64,000 nucleotides of DNA from a virus. Each line of letters opens with the position of its first letter. Within the stretch, counting starts at the first letter, position 1. Below are positions 48,201-58,637 of this stretch, piece after piece. The stretch lies in the IMG/VR virus record IMGVR_UViG_3300025168_000049, positions 22,775-86,774 of that record. One strand, 5' to 3'. The translations under genes were made by a program, and so were the position numbers. The notes below the pieces were generated by a model. It did not search any database, had not been told where the DNA came from, and saw only the letters and a list, made by a program, of their open reading frames with translations.

Positions 48201-51200
48201 TAGAAAGTACTTATATAAATAGACCTGATTTAGTAAATATAATTGAAGAGACTTATACAGATATGGCTGTTTTTGACGGAGGTGGTATGATACATCTTGA
48301 TTTTTATAGGTTGACACGTCGTCTAACAGACTCGTGGTCTGATGAACTAGAGAACATATATAATAAGGTTATTGAAGGTGAAAATATTACTCCTGGGGAG
48401 ATTGCACTGTTAACTCCATTAAAACCACAGGTATTTGCTCCTATAATGCAAGATGGAATAGATATCCGTGTATTTAATAAATTTGCACTCTATCCATTAC
48501 ATCCAAATTTAACACGACTTATTGGTAATAAGGAATTAACTTCAATGGATGCATTGTACGAAGATATGAATACTCATGAGTTAGATTACATGGTGTTTGA
48601 ATCTGGTACTAAAGTAGGTGCTCAATACTCAAAACAAGCATTAGAAGCTGCTACTAGGCAAGAGCAACGAAGTGGTTTTGATCAGTTTCATGACGAACAA
48701 GGATTTTATAAACCTCTACCAGGACCAGAAACTATCACTAGTATTCAAACATACGATTTAAAATATTTTGGTATACAACAAGATCCAAAATCTAAAAGAG
48801 ATGAACAAGTTACTGCAGGTACGCAAAGTTTATCTATGCTACTTACTAATATTTTTGATAATGGACTTGTTTCTGAAGTATATCAGGGAACACCTTTCTC
48901 AGAAGAAGAGTCTTGGGATCAAGCTGGTGATAGATATCATAAATTAAATAGTTCACTAGTTTCTAGAGATGCATCTGTATTAGCTACAAAGTTAGGATTT
49001 GTGAGAACGCCTTCAGGACAATTTAGATCACTGCAGAAGCCTGAACTAATTAAAAAGAGCATCTTACAAGAGATGGAAAGAAGAGACCTTCCTGCTAACA
49101 TTAAAAGATCTATAGTAGAATTATTTGATCAAAGTACAAATTACATCCAACAGCTATACGACAAAGTTAAAGTTGAATCTGTTCTAAATTCTATCATTAC
49201 TAATACAGTAATCAAACGTAAGATGCACGGCGAAATGATGGTTTTACAATCTAATTTAGGATTTGAGTTAACACAAGAGGCGCTTAAAGAAAAAGACGTT
49301 ACTGATGAAGCAACATTAGAATGGCTAGAAGGTCGTAACAAACTTAGATTTTACGATAAAGATACTGAATCCACTGATAGAGAAACTATGGCCAGCGCTA
49401 AGACAACTGCTATGGAAGTTTATCTGCCTCATTACTTTAAAGAATTTCTTGGGAAAGAGTTACCTGATAATTTAATATTATCTGCTGAGTCCCTAGAAAT
49501 AATTGGATTCCGTATTCCTACAGAAGGACTTAACTCAATTGATTTTATTAAAGTAGTAGGATTCTTACCACAAACTGCAGGGTCTACGATTATAGTACCA
49601 TCTGAAATGGTAGCTAAATCAGGAGCAGATTATGATATTGATAAATTAACTATTTATTTACCTAATACAGAAATAGTAGGAAGAATAAAAAACTTATTCG
49701 GTACAAATAACGGTACTATGCAAAATATTATTCCTGTAGACCTAAGCGGAGAGTTTGTTGCTCAGGAATTAGAAAGATTACGATCTTTAGATTTGAACAC
49801 TTATAAATCTATTGCTTCTAGGCTATTGTACAGAGATACAGAAGACTTAACAAAATTTATTCAAGAGGTAGAGGATTTATATGAAGGAGCTAGCTTAGCA
49901 AATAAAATTTTAAAAACCTTTAAGGACCATCCTGCAATCACAGATATAAAAGCACAACTAGATAATTTACAAGATGCAATTAATCTATCGACAGATAAAG
50001 TTAAAAAACAACAGTATATAATAGCTAAAGAAGATTTAGTTCAAGTTTTAGTTAATAAAGTAGTAACAGATCCAAGTATTACAGGCAGTGTTACTAAACC
50101 AGAAGCAATTGCTTTGATTGCCTCTATTAAAGATGACCTGGCACAATTAGATTTAATTTTAATTGAGGCAGGAGTAGCACAGTTAGATTATTTTGAAGTA
50201 CAACCTAAACAAGTTCTTCAAAACGATTTACAAATTTTTATGAAAGATGTCTTAAGCCATCCAAAAAGTTTTGATCAATTAATAACTCCAGTAGGAGCTT
50301 TTAATATTAAGCGTATAGCTAAAGAGATTTTTGAACGTAAATTAGATGCAGGTATGGTGTCTGAGGAACCTGTACAGATATCACGAAAGTTAACTCTCGA
50401 CGCTCTTATTGATATTACATATTCTATGTATCAAACATTAGGAGGTACAGGAATTGTTGCAACAGGTATGACTCATAGTATAAAGGGGCAACGTGCGGGA
50501 TTAGCTTTTAATACAGATCTGAAAGAAGAGACTAACCCTGATCTTGCGGTTATAAGATTTAATTTTAAAGGACTAAAAGAATTATCTTTATCTAGAGTTC
50601 TAGATGTATCTAATGAAAATTATATAAATGCTGCTATGCAACAGTATGTAACAGCCTTTGTGGATGGTGAAAAAGATCCTTTTATTATGCATGTTAACGG
50701 AGGTAAAATTGGTGCCGCAGTACATATGTTGTTGTTGCGCACAGGTGTTCCATTAGAAACAGTTTTATACTTTATGTCCCAACCTATAATATCAGACTAT
50801 TTAGACTCTCTTAATTTAAATCAATCAGAAGCATTAAAGGCAAGTGGGCGATTTAAAAGAAAAGAAGATATTAAAAAAGAGATAATAGCACGGTATGGAG
50901 GCTCAGAAGTCGAGTTTGAACATCAGTTAGATTTAGAAGGATTACAACAAAGTGTAGCTCAACCTAGAGAAAGTATGAATGAGCAGCAGAAAGCTACACA
51001 AGTACAGATTTTAAATGACTTTATTCGTTATCAAAACTACGGTAATAAATTACGTGATCTACAATCTGTTACATCTTATGATAGAATGAGATTAAAAAAT
51101 GGTTCTGAAGCTCTTTATATACAGGGGCTAGAAAACCAAGTACGAGAGGATAATTATTTTAAAAACTCTGAGATGATTGCTGGTAGGTCTTCTACACAAC

Positions 51201-52624
51201 AAGAGTCTTTCTTAGCTGAAATGAGAAGTGTAGCATTATCACATTCTACTTTGTTTAAAGGAACAGATTTTAAAAATTCTGTAGGCGGTCTTACCAACTT
51301 TATGGTTCAGAAATCTCAAGATCTTATCCAAGAAGGAAAACGAAGAGATGATATTATATATACTTTAGATAGATTTGATAATTTCTTAGCGTCGTGGGTT
51401 ATTTTAGAAACACATGTAGGACTAGGAAAACTGTCATCAGATACTCAAGATCTATTCGTAGGAGCAAATAGTATACCTAGTAGAATTAAAGATTTACAAG
51501 AACTTGGAGTAGATAATTTTGCACTAGATAGTTTATTAGTAATGATTGATACTTATGACACAGCATCATATGACGCCACAGTGGATAATTTAAAATTAGT
51601 AAAAGGAAAATATGATACGCATGATTTAAATGATTTAGTAGAGGAAATGAGAGATTTAAAAAAGACTCATCCTGAGACTTATGATAATTTAATCACTTTT
51701 AGTTTATTACAATCTAGTTTAGATTTTTCTCCATTTAGCTTTACTCAAATTATGCCTAGTGAAGACGTAATGCAATTAACAGCAGAGAGATTCAATATTA
51801 TGAATAACGCTATAAAAAGTAAAGGGGTTCTCAGAAGCTTACCGTTAGACCATGTGTGGGATCTATTTATCTCAAACAATTGGCATAATCCTCGAATAGT
51901 TCAACAACGTTTTATTGGTCCAAATAATTCAAAAGGTTTAAAAGAAGTTGCAAATAAGAGTTTTACTAATGAACGATATACAGCTAAGTATATTACTTTT
52001 AGTACTGTTAGGAATTCTGATGATGGTACGTATTACTCAACATTCTTTGAAAGACTAGACGATGGAAGTTATGTAAATAAAAATAAATTAGGACTTAGAA
52101 ATAGACTAATTGAAACAGATATCAGCATTATCAAATCTAATACACAGCAAAGGGAAAGACCTCTTTTACAGTTAGGAAAAGATAATGTAGAAAAAATTAC
52201 AAAAGGAATGAAAACAGTTTACGCTTCTTCTCCTAATAAAGGTGTTACGAAAAGTGGTGAGTATGAGTTACTAGATGGTAGCGTAGTTAGATTAACTAAA
52301 ACTGCATATACTACTAAGGCTACATTCCTAAAAAGTAAAAATGTACGTGAGGAATTAGGTATAATAGGTGGAAAATCTCTATCTTTGCTGTCTGATTCAC
52401 TGGGCTTTGAGAAGATTTCCCAAGCAAAAGAAGCATATCCTGGATTCTTTAATGGTAAGAGCAGTTTAAACCTATTTACCATAGAGTTAATGGAGATAGG
52501 CACTGGCATTATAAATGAAAGTGCGGAGTCTGAAGAAAACTCAGCATCCACTAGTAAGTTAACCAATATTATTGTAGTAAACAATCAAAATGAAGCTACA
52601 ACTAATGAAAATGAATGTTTGTAA
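45206..52624 (+). CDS. Virion-packaged DNA-dependent RNA polymerase (crAss/phi14:2 gp66 type)
   Basis: GFRIPT (49505-49522), SGADYDIDKL with catalytic DxDxD (49628-49642), DGG...KP, and AFVDGEKDP. Confidence 0.9.
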   Translation: MAKGCGVNIGKADANNLEDIGLILNRILPVSPYPVEQVYNFLASHQDMEELQTMHTALIGEGLEYVDDWGKSVYYHNFVSSAMKLLSEEEFTQVYESLRKQKGNITTHLGKKKAFSNLSNTDLLHYLTEEFREYAFAEGSYITKTPGVESLFKFIHSFYDNIDEMSGLLEGRDVSSFSAILKEEMLEKEDGSTERVSSINTRHMRFLNESMTVSLFQIAEEQGMDFSTFYNYKGDTTALYNKLKEILGQPSNDLTQNTVFAKLVKRLNATGDSLWNDLQKTQDGSLKEHSLDKEVSALLELLGENPEEGLLATYWNDIIKGNVEFLSKFDFDLEYELLQDNAELEEGLNEDGTAMGRDSLGIRAANEINPITRLQPHIKLIIRTLPEAFYGEDGGIRFGTNRFGTYRLADFGQTVGHLYRALSNKKDMASQIFALKELAQKDAKFSVLADRLGLPNIAFTDVADINKEQINTLLSFFTAFNNAEDEYMLLRVSDNGQRSLMNSNAERTDKLVVNRWQENFNAVIQRGIGKIKNGRYTIDLKATYKGRTVEEWLEAKHTINSRIEVLNMLGFDFENPTRLIEYVQNHPEEKFLQNTRWILNDVLKTPNLSKILFSNLGGRISKLAKLEAKTGNSLGTLLHTNAQGNKVYGITLKGFVNVLKDAFNEDGEFLADLEKSPTAVNSVYGKKLQEGIDMEIGVIEGSNNAEDNTGTELSNMSKADIAMTHINAILSGHVPLIRTGNKKLGRTIKVGDPDFKLGMSSMIKIMKGYLVDEVMTANAIKQGAATNIQGIREHGSKLQFFNDPKFSDIHTLLTEKYIMTPFITRDEVTSEINKSSAVTSSIIEYLSSRISDNNITLKKYNVVQEKNGVVMNIGLDNNHLSALASSIGEEHGLEGSQIPDIVYKKTLEQITFIQEIGMHEQFKLLLGHPAVYSDLFKRTSGLVSPKKYPFSDKLLLARIQELFPNKANPNRIIDGTARFVTREEVLETSVYKEKYKAILESTYINRPDLVNIIEETYTDMAVFDGGGMIHLDFYRLTRRLTDSWSDELENIYNKVIEGENITPGEIALLTPLKPQVFAPIMQDGIDIRVFNKFALYPLHPNLTRLIGNKELTSMDALYEDMNTHELDYMVFESGTKVGAQYSKQALEAATRQEQRSGFDQFHDEQGFYKPLPGPETITSIQTYDLKYFGIQQDPKSKRDEQVTAGTQSLSMLLTNIFDNGLVSEVYQGTPFSEEESWDQAGDRYHKLNSSLVSRDASVLATKLGFVRTPSGQFRSLQKPELIKKSILQEMERRDLPANIKRSIVELFDQSTNYIQQLYDKVKVESVLNSIITNTVIKRKMHGEMMVLQSNLGFELTQEALKEKDVTDEATLEWLEGRNKLRFYDKDTESTDRETMASAKTTAMEVYLPHYFKEFLGKELPDNLILSAESLEIIGFRIPTEGLNSIDFIKVVGFLPQTAGSTIIVPSEMVAKSGADYDIDKLTIYLPNTEIVGRIKNLFGTNNGTMQNIIPVDLSGEFVAQELERLRSLDLNTYKSIASRLLYRDTEDLTKFIQEVEDLYEGASLANKILKTFKDHPAITDIKAQLDNLQDAINLSTDKVKKQQYIIAKEDLVQVLVNKVVTDPSITGSVTKPEAIALIASIKDDLAQLDLILIEAGVAQLDYFEVQPKQVLQNDLQIFMKDVLSHPKSFDQLITPVGAFNIKRIAKEIFERKLDAGMVSEEPVQISRKLTLDALIDITYSMYQTLGGTGIVATGMTHSIKGQRAGLAFNTDLKEETNPDLAVIRFNFKGLKELSLSRVLDVSNENYINAAMQQYVTAFVDGEKDPFIMHVNGGKIGAAVHMLLLRTGVPLETVLYFMSQPIISDYLDSLNLNQSEALKASGRFKRKEDIKKEIIARYGGSEVEFEHQLDLEGLQQSVAQPRESMNEQQKATQVQILNDFIRYQNYGNKLRDLQSVTSYDRMRLKNGSEALYIQGLENQVREDNYFKNSEMIAGRSSTQQESFLAEMRSVALSHSTLFKGTDFKNSVGGLTNFMVQKSQDLIQEGKRRDDIIYTLDRFDNFLASWVILETHVGLGKLSSDTQDLFVGANSIPSRIKDLQELGVDNFALDSLLVMIDTYDTASYDATVDNLKLVKGKYDTHDLNDLVEEMRDLKKTHPETYDNLITFSLLQSSLDFSPFSFTQIMPSEDVMQLTAERFNIMNNAIKSKGVLRSLPLDHVWDLFISNNWHNPRIVQQRFIGPNNSKGLKEVANKSFTNERYTAKYITFSTVRNSDDGTYYSTFFERLDDGSYVNKNKLGLRNRLIETDISIIKSNTQQRERPLLQLGKDNVEKITKGMKTVYASSPNKGVTKSGEYELLDGSVVRLTKTAYTTKATFLKSKNVREELGIIGGKSLSLLSDSLGFEKISQAKEAYPGFFNGKSSLNLFTIELMEIGTGIINESAESEENSASTSKLTNIIVVNNQNEATTNENECL

Positions 52625-55600
52625 ATGGCTTGTAGAATAAATAGAAATGAACGAGGAGAAATTGAATCTGTTTTAACTAAACAGGGTGAAGAGTCTGTAC
52701 TTTTTGATTCATTAAATATTGCTATTAATAATGGCGCTTCTTCTGAAGTTGCATATGTAGCATATTTAGAAACTTTACGAAGAACTCCAAGTATGGGACT
52801 TGGTGAACCTAATATTAGCAGTGGATTTGCGCAAGGCATTCTTAAAGAGATCGATAATGATTACTTAGCATGGGAAGCTGCTGCTAAAACTATGAAGCAT
52901 GAAACTGCTAAAAGTAGATTAGAAGAATCGTTATACCATGTACTAGATAAAATGGGTGTTAATGTTACCGCAGTAGATAACATAAAAGATAATAATGGAA
53001 ATAAATTAGGAGTTACAGGTGCAGCAGATGTTGTAAATAGAACAATTGAATTAGTATCAGGCAAAGCTACCATTGATACGTTAACTGAAGAAACAGCTCA
53101 CTTCATGGTAGAAATTCTCCGCGCTGAAAACAATCCTTTGTATGATTCTATGTATCAGCAAATTGAAAAATATTCTATTTTCAAAGATATATCAGATCCT
53201 GGTTCTATGTATTATGAGCAATATAAAGGTGATGTAGACATGCTTAAACGAGAGGCTATAGCACAGGTTATAATGGAACATGTAGTAAAAGGCGAATCTA
53301 AGCAAGAACCAAAAGGGTTATTGGCGAGATTAAAAAGATGGTTTGACAGAGTTCTAAGATCCTTTGGGGTGAAAGTAGGGAAAGTGACCAAAGATTCTTT
53401 CGGAGAGGCTGCTTGGTCTATGATGAATAAAGATTTATCTTCTGTTTTTGCAACAGATCCAAAAAGCCATACATTACCTAATGTAAGATTTTTCCAAGAA
53501 GAGAAACTTACTAGCATTATAGAAAAATTAGATTCAACGGCGTCTCAATATGAAATTGTTGAAATAGATGTAGCTAATGTTACTAACGCAGAGTTAAAAA
53601 AATACTTTACACCGTTAGCAGATGAAGTTAATGGAAAAAATATAGTAACAAGATATCAAGCTAAAGAAAATAGTCCTTTTAAAGGTAAAATATTAAAAAT
53701 GAGAGGGTCAGATTTAACAGCGCTTTCATTTAAAGATTCACGTCAATTTACTGATCCTGAAGTTGTTGAAAGACGACGAAAAGACATGGATATTCGTATG
53801 AAGGTAGGTACACTTGGCCACAAGATGATGGAAGATTTAGTTGGATACTATTTTCATGGAAAAGGTAGTATTTCTGAGATTAAATCGAGAAAAGGATCCT
53901 TCAAAGAAGCTCAATTCAAAGAACTACAAAAATCAGTGCAGCTTCTTAAGAGCCAGGTTGTAGCTCAGCAAAAGATTATAGATCCTGAAGGAAAGATGTT
54001 AGTACGTACCGAGCAAATGATAGCGGATGAGATAAATGATGTTGGAGGTACTATTGATTTACTAATTATTTACAGTGATGGGTCTGCATCAGTATATGAC
54101 TATAAATTCAAAACGCCATCTATGTATGGTAAATATAGAACAGGTAAGTTTGTTAAAGGTAAAGGTATAGAAGTTATTGGAGACATGTTTGCAAGCTCTT
54201 TAGAAGGATATGATTTTCAAATAGGAGCATATAGAGATGCTTTACTATCTAAATATGGTGTAACTAAGATGAGACATTCTAGGATAATACCAGTTGCAGT
54301 TGTATATGAACGAAATAAAGAAACACAGCAATTAACTGATAATATTTTAAAGTTAGAAGTTTGGACTGGGTCAAAAGGTGGTCAAAATCCATTTTTAGAG
54401 CATATACCAGTTGCTATGGAGTTAACAGGGGATGAGAAAATAGACAAGTTAATTAAAAAAGAAATGAACAGATTTAATGGTCTAGTTAGACAATTAGAAT
54501 CTGCTAAATTCAAAGATAAAGAATCTCTTCACAAGAGAATGAGTACTTCTAGAAAGATTATAAAGGATTTACAATTAAGAAAAGATATTGCATCTGGATT
54601 AAAAGAATCTTTTAGAAGAATACGTAAAACAGAAGAAGGATTAAAAGAGGTAGAGGAATACATAGAAAAAGACGGAGAGATAATTGCTAATCCAAAATAC
54701 CTAACAGATCGTGAACTTAGAGAATTATATAATGAATTAAAACATTTCCAAGCTTTTTCTTCATTACCTGAAATAATATCTAAATTAGAAAAAGGATCTG
54801 ATAACGCTAAAGCATTAGCTGCAGAAGCTAGTGCAAGTGCAGGTAAGATTAATAGAGGTATAGAAGGATTAAAAGAAGCTATGATTCTTAGGATGGTTGA
54901 AAAGAGTAAGAAATTAAATATTAATAATATTAAATATAACAGACCTGGAACTGCTACACAGTATGTTGCAGCGTCTGCGCACAAGAATCCATATAGTAGA
55001 TACATACATCAAACTATGCAGTCTATAAAAGGTATGATGATTAAGGCAGAAAAACAATTAGCGGAAGAGATATATGCTAAAGAACAATCATTATTTGAAT
55101 ATGCAGATAATGCTGGTATTTCTCGTAACGATGCTTTCAAAGAACTTATTGATCCGACTACAGGTAACCTGTATGCTAAATATTCTCCTCAGTTTTATGC
55201 TGATCAGAAGGCAGCTAAAGAAACAAGCAATATTACTTTTATGAAAAATCATCATAAAATTAAAAAAGAGTATTATACTAAAGTTTTTAAAGATTGGAAG
55301 AAGACTAAATTTAAAGAAATTGACAATGCTACAAATAATGTAGATACTAGAAGAAAGAGAAAAGAAGACTGGTCAAAAAAATATGATGTAGTCAACTATG
55401 ATTCTGCATGGACTCAAGAAGGTGGAGAGTATTTTTTGATTATTGACGAGACAAAAACACAATCTTATTATACTGAGTCATACCAAAAGATTAAAACTAC
55501 GCCCGCATTATTAGACTTTTATGAATATCATAGAGATAAGATAAGGGAGTTTGGACATAGATTTGGAATGCATTTAGGAGAAACATTTATAGCCAATGTT

Positions 55601-57538
55601 CAAAAAACTATGGTAGACTCTTTAATTGAATCTGACAATAAATTAGGGGACCTTACGCAGTCAGTAAAAGAACTATTTCAGGTTAGATCTCATTTCCAAG
55701 AATGGGGAGATTTAGATGTAAACGGTAAGCATATTAGAAAAATCCCTAGACTGTACACAAAAGAAATTGAAAATTCTAAGGGAGAGATAGACAGATCTCT
55801 TCGTTCTAATGAACTTGGTAGATCTTTATATTTGTTAGGTAAAGCTTCTTTAGAGTATGAACACTTAACAAGAGTAGAAGATGAACTATTGCTATTAGAA
55901 ACAATCCTTACAGAAGGATTGATAGATGAGGTTGCAGAGAATACCCAAGGTAAAGCTATTAAAGAAAGTTTAGATAGCGTTAGGAAAATATTTGGGTCTA
56001 CGTCAGGCAATGCAGAATTATTCACTGATATGGTAGATAAAACTATCTATGGAAGATCTTTAAAAACCGCTGATTCTGTCTCTGAAGGAGGGTTTAGTAG
56101 AAATAAGTCTCTACTTACATTAAAAACATATGCATCTATAAATGCTTTAGGTCTTAAAGCACCTGTAGCATTAGGAGCACTTGGAGCAGGGTTTGTGGGA
56201 CTTTACATCCAGGGTAGTAAAGGCATCCATTATAACAATACACATCTTGTAGCAGCTGAAAAAGCTTTAATAGGAAGAGATCCTAAAATAAGAGCTATTC
56301 TAGATCATTTTGAAATAGCTATCTTAGATGTATCAAAACGAAGAGGAGATTCGTTATCATCTAATTGGAGAGCTAAATATTTAACAGGTGATAGATGGTT
56401 TGAATTTTTAGCACAGGCGGATAAATTAATTGATGCTACATTAGCAGGTGCTATGGCAATGAACCACGGCCTTGATTCTGAAGGAAATTTAAAAAGATTA
56501 ACTGAATTACCTGAAGGAAGTAAATCATTATGGGATACTGTTGATATAAAAGAGAACTCATTATGGAAACCAAACGCACCCGTTGATAAATATAAAGTTA
56601 AGTTTGAAGGTATGTCAGATGCTGCTTTTGATAGTTTTAGAGCTAGAGTACATAGAATGAGTACTAAAACTAAGGGTACAACAGCTCCTGAAGATGTATT
56701 AACAGCTAATATGTCATTACTTAATAGATTCTTCTTACACTATAGATCATGGTTACCAGGAATTGCATTCGAGAGATTTGGAAATATACGATATGACCAT
56801 GTAATGGATCATTTTGACCAAGGTACATGGAGAGGATTTTTTGGTAATTTTGGACCAGAATCTGAATTTGATAGTATGGGACAATTGTTAGATACAGAAG
56901 TAGGGATACATAACTATGCAGCTGCAGTGGGAGGAGATATTGTTAGAATTGCATTAGATATCAGTACTTTTGGACTTACAAGCGCATACGACCTTAAAGA
57001 GGGGAAAGCAAAACAACAGTTTGACATGTTCCTACTAGATAACGTAGGTAATGCAGACTTTGCATATACTAATGATGTAGAGAAAGAAGCTGCATTTCAA
57101 AAGTTTTTGGAATTGAAACGTGGAAATATTAAAGGAACGCTAGCAGAGCTACGATCTGTAATATTATTACTTTCATTATTATCTATGATGGGAGGAGATT
57201 GGGACGATGACGGTAAAGTAGATGTAAGAAAGACATGGACAGGAAGAAAATTACATAATATAATGGGACGTATTTATAGAGAGACAGCATTTTTCTGGGA
57301 TCCTAGAGAATTAACTGGGCCAAGATCATCAGGTATACCATTATTATCTTTAGGACAAGATTTTATTAATCTAATAGGTAATTCAATTGATGAAATTGGT
57401 GATGAGATACTTGGAGAAAACGCTGTAACATCAGATAGAACTCCAAGAGGATATTACACATTAAAATTTGCACCAGGACTAGGAGGATTAGGTAAAGCAT
57501 TAGAAATTTATCCTGCTTATAAAAATCAACGATCATAA
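52625..57538 (+). CDS. Giant virion protein with zincin-like and RecB-type PD-(D/E)xK nuclease domains
   Basis: LTEETAHF...REAIA. Nuclease motifs GTLGH, TEQMI, GTIDLL, YDYK and QIGAY. Confidence 0.7.
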   Translation: MACRINRNERGEIESVLTKQGEESVLFDSLNIAINNGASSEVAYVAYLETLRRTPSMGLGEPNISSGFAQGILKEIDNDYLAWEAAAKTMKHETAKSRLEESLYHVLDKMGVNVTAVDNIKDNNGNKLGVTGAADVVNRTIELVSGKATIDTLTEETAHFMVEILRAENNPLYDSMYQQIEKYSIFKDISDPGSMYYEQYKGDVDMLKREAIAQVIMEHVVKGESKQEPKGLLARLKRWFDRVLRSFGVKVGKVTKDSFGEAAWSMMNKDLSSVFATDPKSHTLPNVRFFQEEKLTSIIEKLDSTASQYEIVEIDVANVTNAELKKYFTPLADEVNGKNIVTRYQAKENSPFKGKILKMRGSDLTALSFKDSRQFTDPEVVERRRKDMDIRMKVGTLGHKMMEDLVGYYFHGKGSISEIKSRKGSFKEAQFKELQKSVQLLKSQVVAQQKIIDPEGKMLVRTEQMIADEINDVGGTIDLLIIYSDGSASVYDYKFKTPSMYGKYRTGKFVKGKGIEVIGDMFASSLEGYDFQIGAYRDALLSKYGVTKMRHSRIIPVAVVYERNKETQQLTDNILKLEVWTGSKGGQNPFLEHIPVAMELTGDEKIDKLIKKEMNRFNGLVRQLESAKFKDKESLHKRMSTSRKIIKDLQLRKDIASGLKESFRRIRKTEEGLKEVEEYIEKDGEIIANPKYLTDRELRELYNELKHFQAFSSLPEIISKLEKGSDNAKALAAEASASAGKINRGIEGLKEAMILRMVEKSKKLNINNIKYNRPGTATQYVAASAHKNPYSRYIHQTMQSIKGMMIKAEKQLAEEIYAKEQSLFEYADNAGISRNDAFKELIDPTTGNLYAKYSPQFYADQKAAKETSNITFMKNHHKIKKEYYTKVFKDWKKTKFKEIDNATNNVDTRRKRKEDWSKKYDVVNYDSAWTQEGGEYFLIIDETKTQSYYTESYQKIKTTPALLDFYEYHRDKIREFGHRFGMHLGETFIANVQKTMVDSLIESDNKLGDLTQSVKELFQVRSHFQEWGDLDVNGKHIRKIPRLYTKEIENSKGEIDRSLRSNELGRSLYLLGKASLEYEHLTRVEDELLLLETILTEGLIDEVAENTQGKAIKESLDSVRKIFGSTSGNAELFTDMVDKTIYGRSLKTADSVSEGGFSRNKSLLTLKTYASINALGLKAPVALGALGAGFVGLYIQGSKGIHYNNTHLVAAEKALIGRDPKIRAILDHFEIAILDVSKRRGDSLSSNWRAKYLTGDRWFEFLAQADKLIDATLAGAMAMNHGLDSEGNLKRLTELPEGSKSLWDTVDIKENSLWKPNAPVDKYKVKFEGMSDAAFDSFRARVHRMSTKTKGTTAPEDVLTANMSLLNRFFLHYRSWLPGIAFERFGNIRYDHVMDHFDQGTWRGFFGNFGPESEFDSMGQLLDTEVGIHNYAAAVGGDIVRIALDISTFGLTSAYDLKEGKAKQQFDMFLLDNVGNADFAYTNDVEKEAAFQKFLELKRGNIKGTLAELRSVILLLSLLSMMGGDWDDDGKVDVRKTWTGRKLHNIMGRIYRETAFFWDPRELTGPRSSGIPLLSLGQDFINLIGNSIDEIGDEILGENAVTSDRTPRGYYTLKFAPGLGGLGKALEIYPAYKNQRS

Positions 57539-57852
57539 TGGAAGACAACAGAGGACAAAAATGGCTACGCTTTAAAGAATATTATCTTTCTACAAGTAAT
57601 ATAAATTTAATGAAGATAGAAGGAACTACTGTTATGATGACTTTTATCGATGGATCTAATAAGGCAGAGTTAAGTGTGCAGTGTAGAACCATTCAGCTAG
57701 CAAACTATTTATTATTTGATTATATTGAGTTTATTACTGATGCAATAGATTATAGCGAAGGGTATAATGATAGAGAAAATACAATGCGTCATATATTTGA
57801 GATAACTGAACTTAAATATCCCTCACCAACATACACCTTAATGATAGGATAG
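57538..57852 (+). CDS. Hypothetical protein
   Basis: 104-aa ORF, TAATG-coupled to the giant gene; last gene of the + strand block. Confidence 0.6.
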   Translation: MEDNRGQKWLRFKEYYLSTSNINLMKIEGTTVMMTFIDGSNKAELSVQCRTIQLANYLLFDYIEFITDAIDYSEGYNDRENTMRHIFEITELKYPSPTYTLMIG

Positions 57853-57875
57853 GCTATATCGCAACTAGACAACAT

Positions 57876-57910
57876 AAAAAGGGGGCGCTAGCCACCCTTA
57901 TTTCTTTTTT
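57876..57910. terminator. Bidirectional terminator at the convergence point
   Basis: aaaaa-gggggc-gcta-gccaccc-ttatttcttttt between convergent genes. Confidence 0.7.
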
Positions 57911-58230
57911 AAGTAATTGCAAATAGGATACAAGCTATACTTTAACGTTAGCTCTTTGTTCTGGACTATCTTACATGTAGTTCGTATTCTCTTATAATCC
58001 GAGTCTTCATCATCTATAAGTTCACAATTAGGAGTTTCTGAGTGATTAATAAATCCGCCAAGTGGCGTACGTATCCAATCATGTTGAAAATTAGGGTCAT
58101 AAATATGACTTATCCCTATATCAATTCCTTTAGGAATATCCTCTGTAGTAAATATGCCTGCTCCATGTATATCTGAAGGGCCTATAGACAAATATTCAGG
58201 AAGTGGTTTGTACTCTTCGTTTTCTGACAT
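57898..58230 (-). CDS. SET-domain methyltransferase
   Basis: SDIHGAGIFT, FINHSETPNC and ELTLKY. Confidence 0.85.
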   Translation of the reverse strand: MSENEEYKPLPEYLSIGPSDIHGAGIFTTEDIPKGIDIGISHIYDPNFQHDWIRTPLGGFINHSETPNCELIDDEDSDYKRIRTTCKIVQNKELTLKYSLYPICNYLKKK

Positions 58231-58637
58231 TATAATGACATTTTTAATAATAATAAATACCCAATTAAATCATCAACTGTATCTTCTGTTTCATCATAAA
58301 TACCTTTGTTGCCTATTCTAGCTAGTTTATCATCTATTCTAGCACATATAGCCTCACTAGCGCTAAGCTTACTAAATATATTAGTAGGGTTTAATGCTGT
58401 GTTACCATATGCTTTATTTTTCTGCTCTAACAAAGTAGTTATTTTCTTTACTGTACGATCTAATTGCTCAGGAAAAGATTCCATGTCTTTTGCAAATTGG
58501 TCTTTGTTACGATTAGTATCCCAATAATGATCACTGTGTAAGGTAGTATCCATAGTATACGGTTTATTAAATTCTTTATCTTCTGGTACAGACATTTCCA
58601 CCTTTTTACCACATTTGCATTTGTTTGTTTCATTCAT
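58230..58637 (-). CDS. DUF1599 / nucleotide-modification-associated domain 1-like protein
   Basis: KNKAYGN...RIDDKLARI...EDTVDDLIGY. Confidence 0.75.
   Translation of the reverse strand: MNETNKCKCGKKVEMSVPEDKEFNKPYTMDTTLHSDHYWDTNRNKDQFAKDMESFPEQLDRTVKKITTLLEQKNKAYGNTALNPTNIFSKLSASEAICARIDDKLARIGNKGIYDETEDTVDDLIGYLLLLKMSL

Noticed and set aside
45206-57538. Inteins or introns in the giant genes
   Set aside because: No C/S...HN-C/S/T splice junctions or LAGLIDADG/HNH motifs noticed, and no frame interruptions.
759-57548. Many - strand ORFs of 60-163 aa within the + strand block, and + strand ORFs at 24675 and 58950-62368
   Set aside because: They are antisense or out-of-frame shadows of long genes, with S/L/I/F-biased composition and no recognisable motifs.
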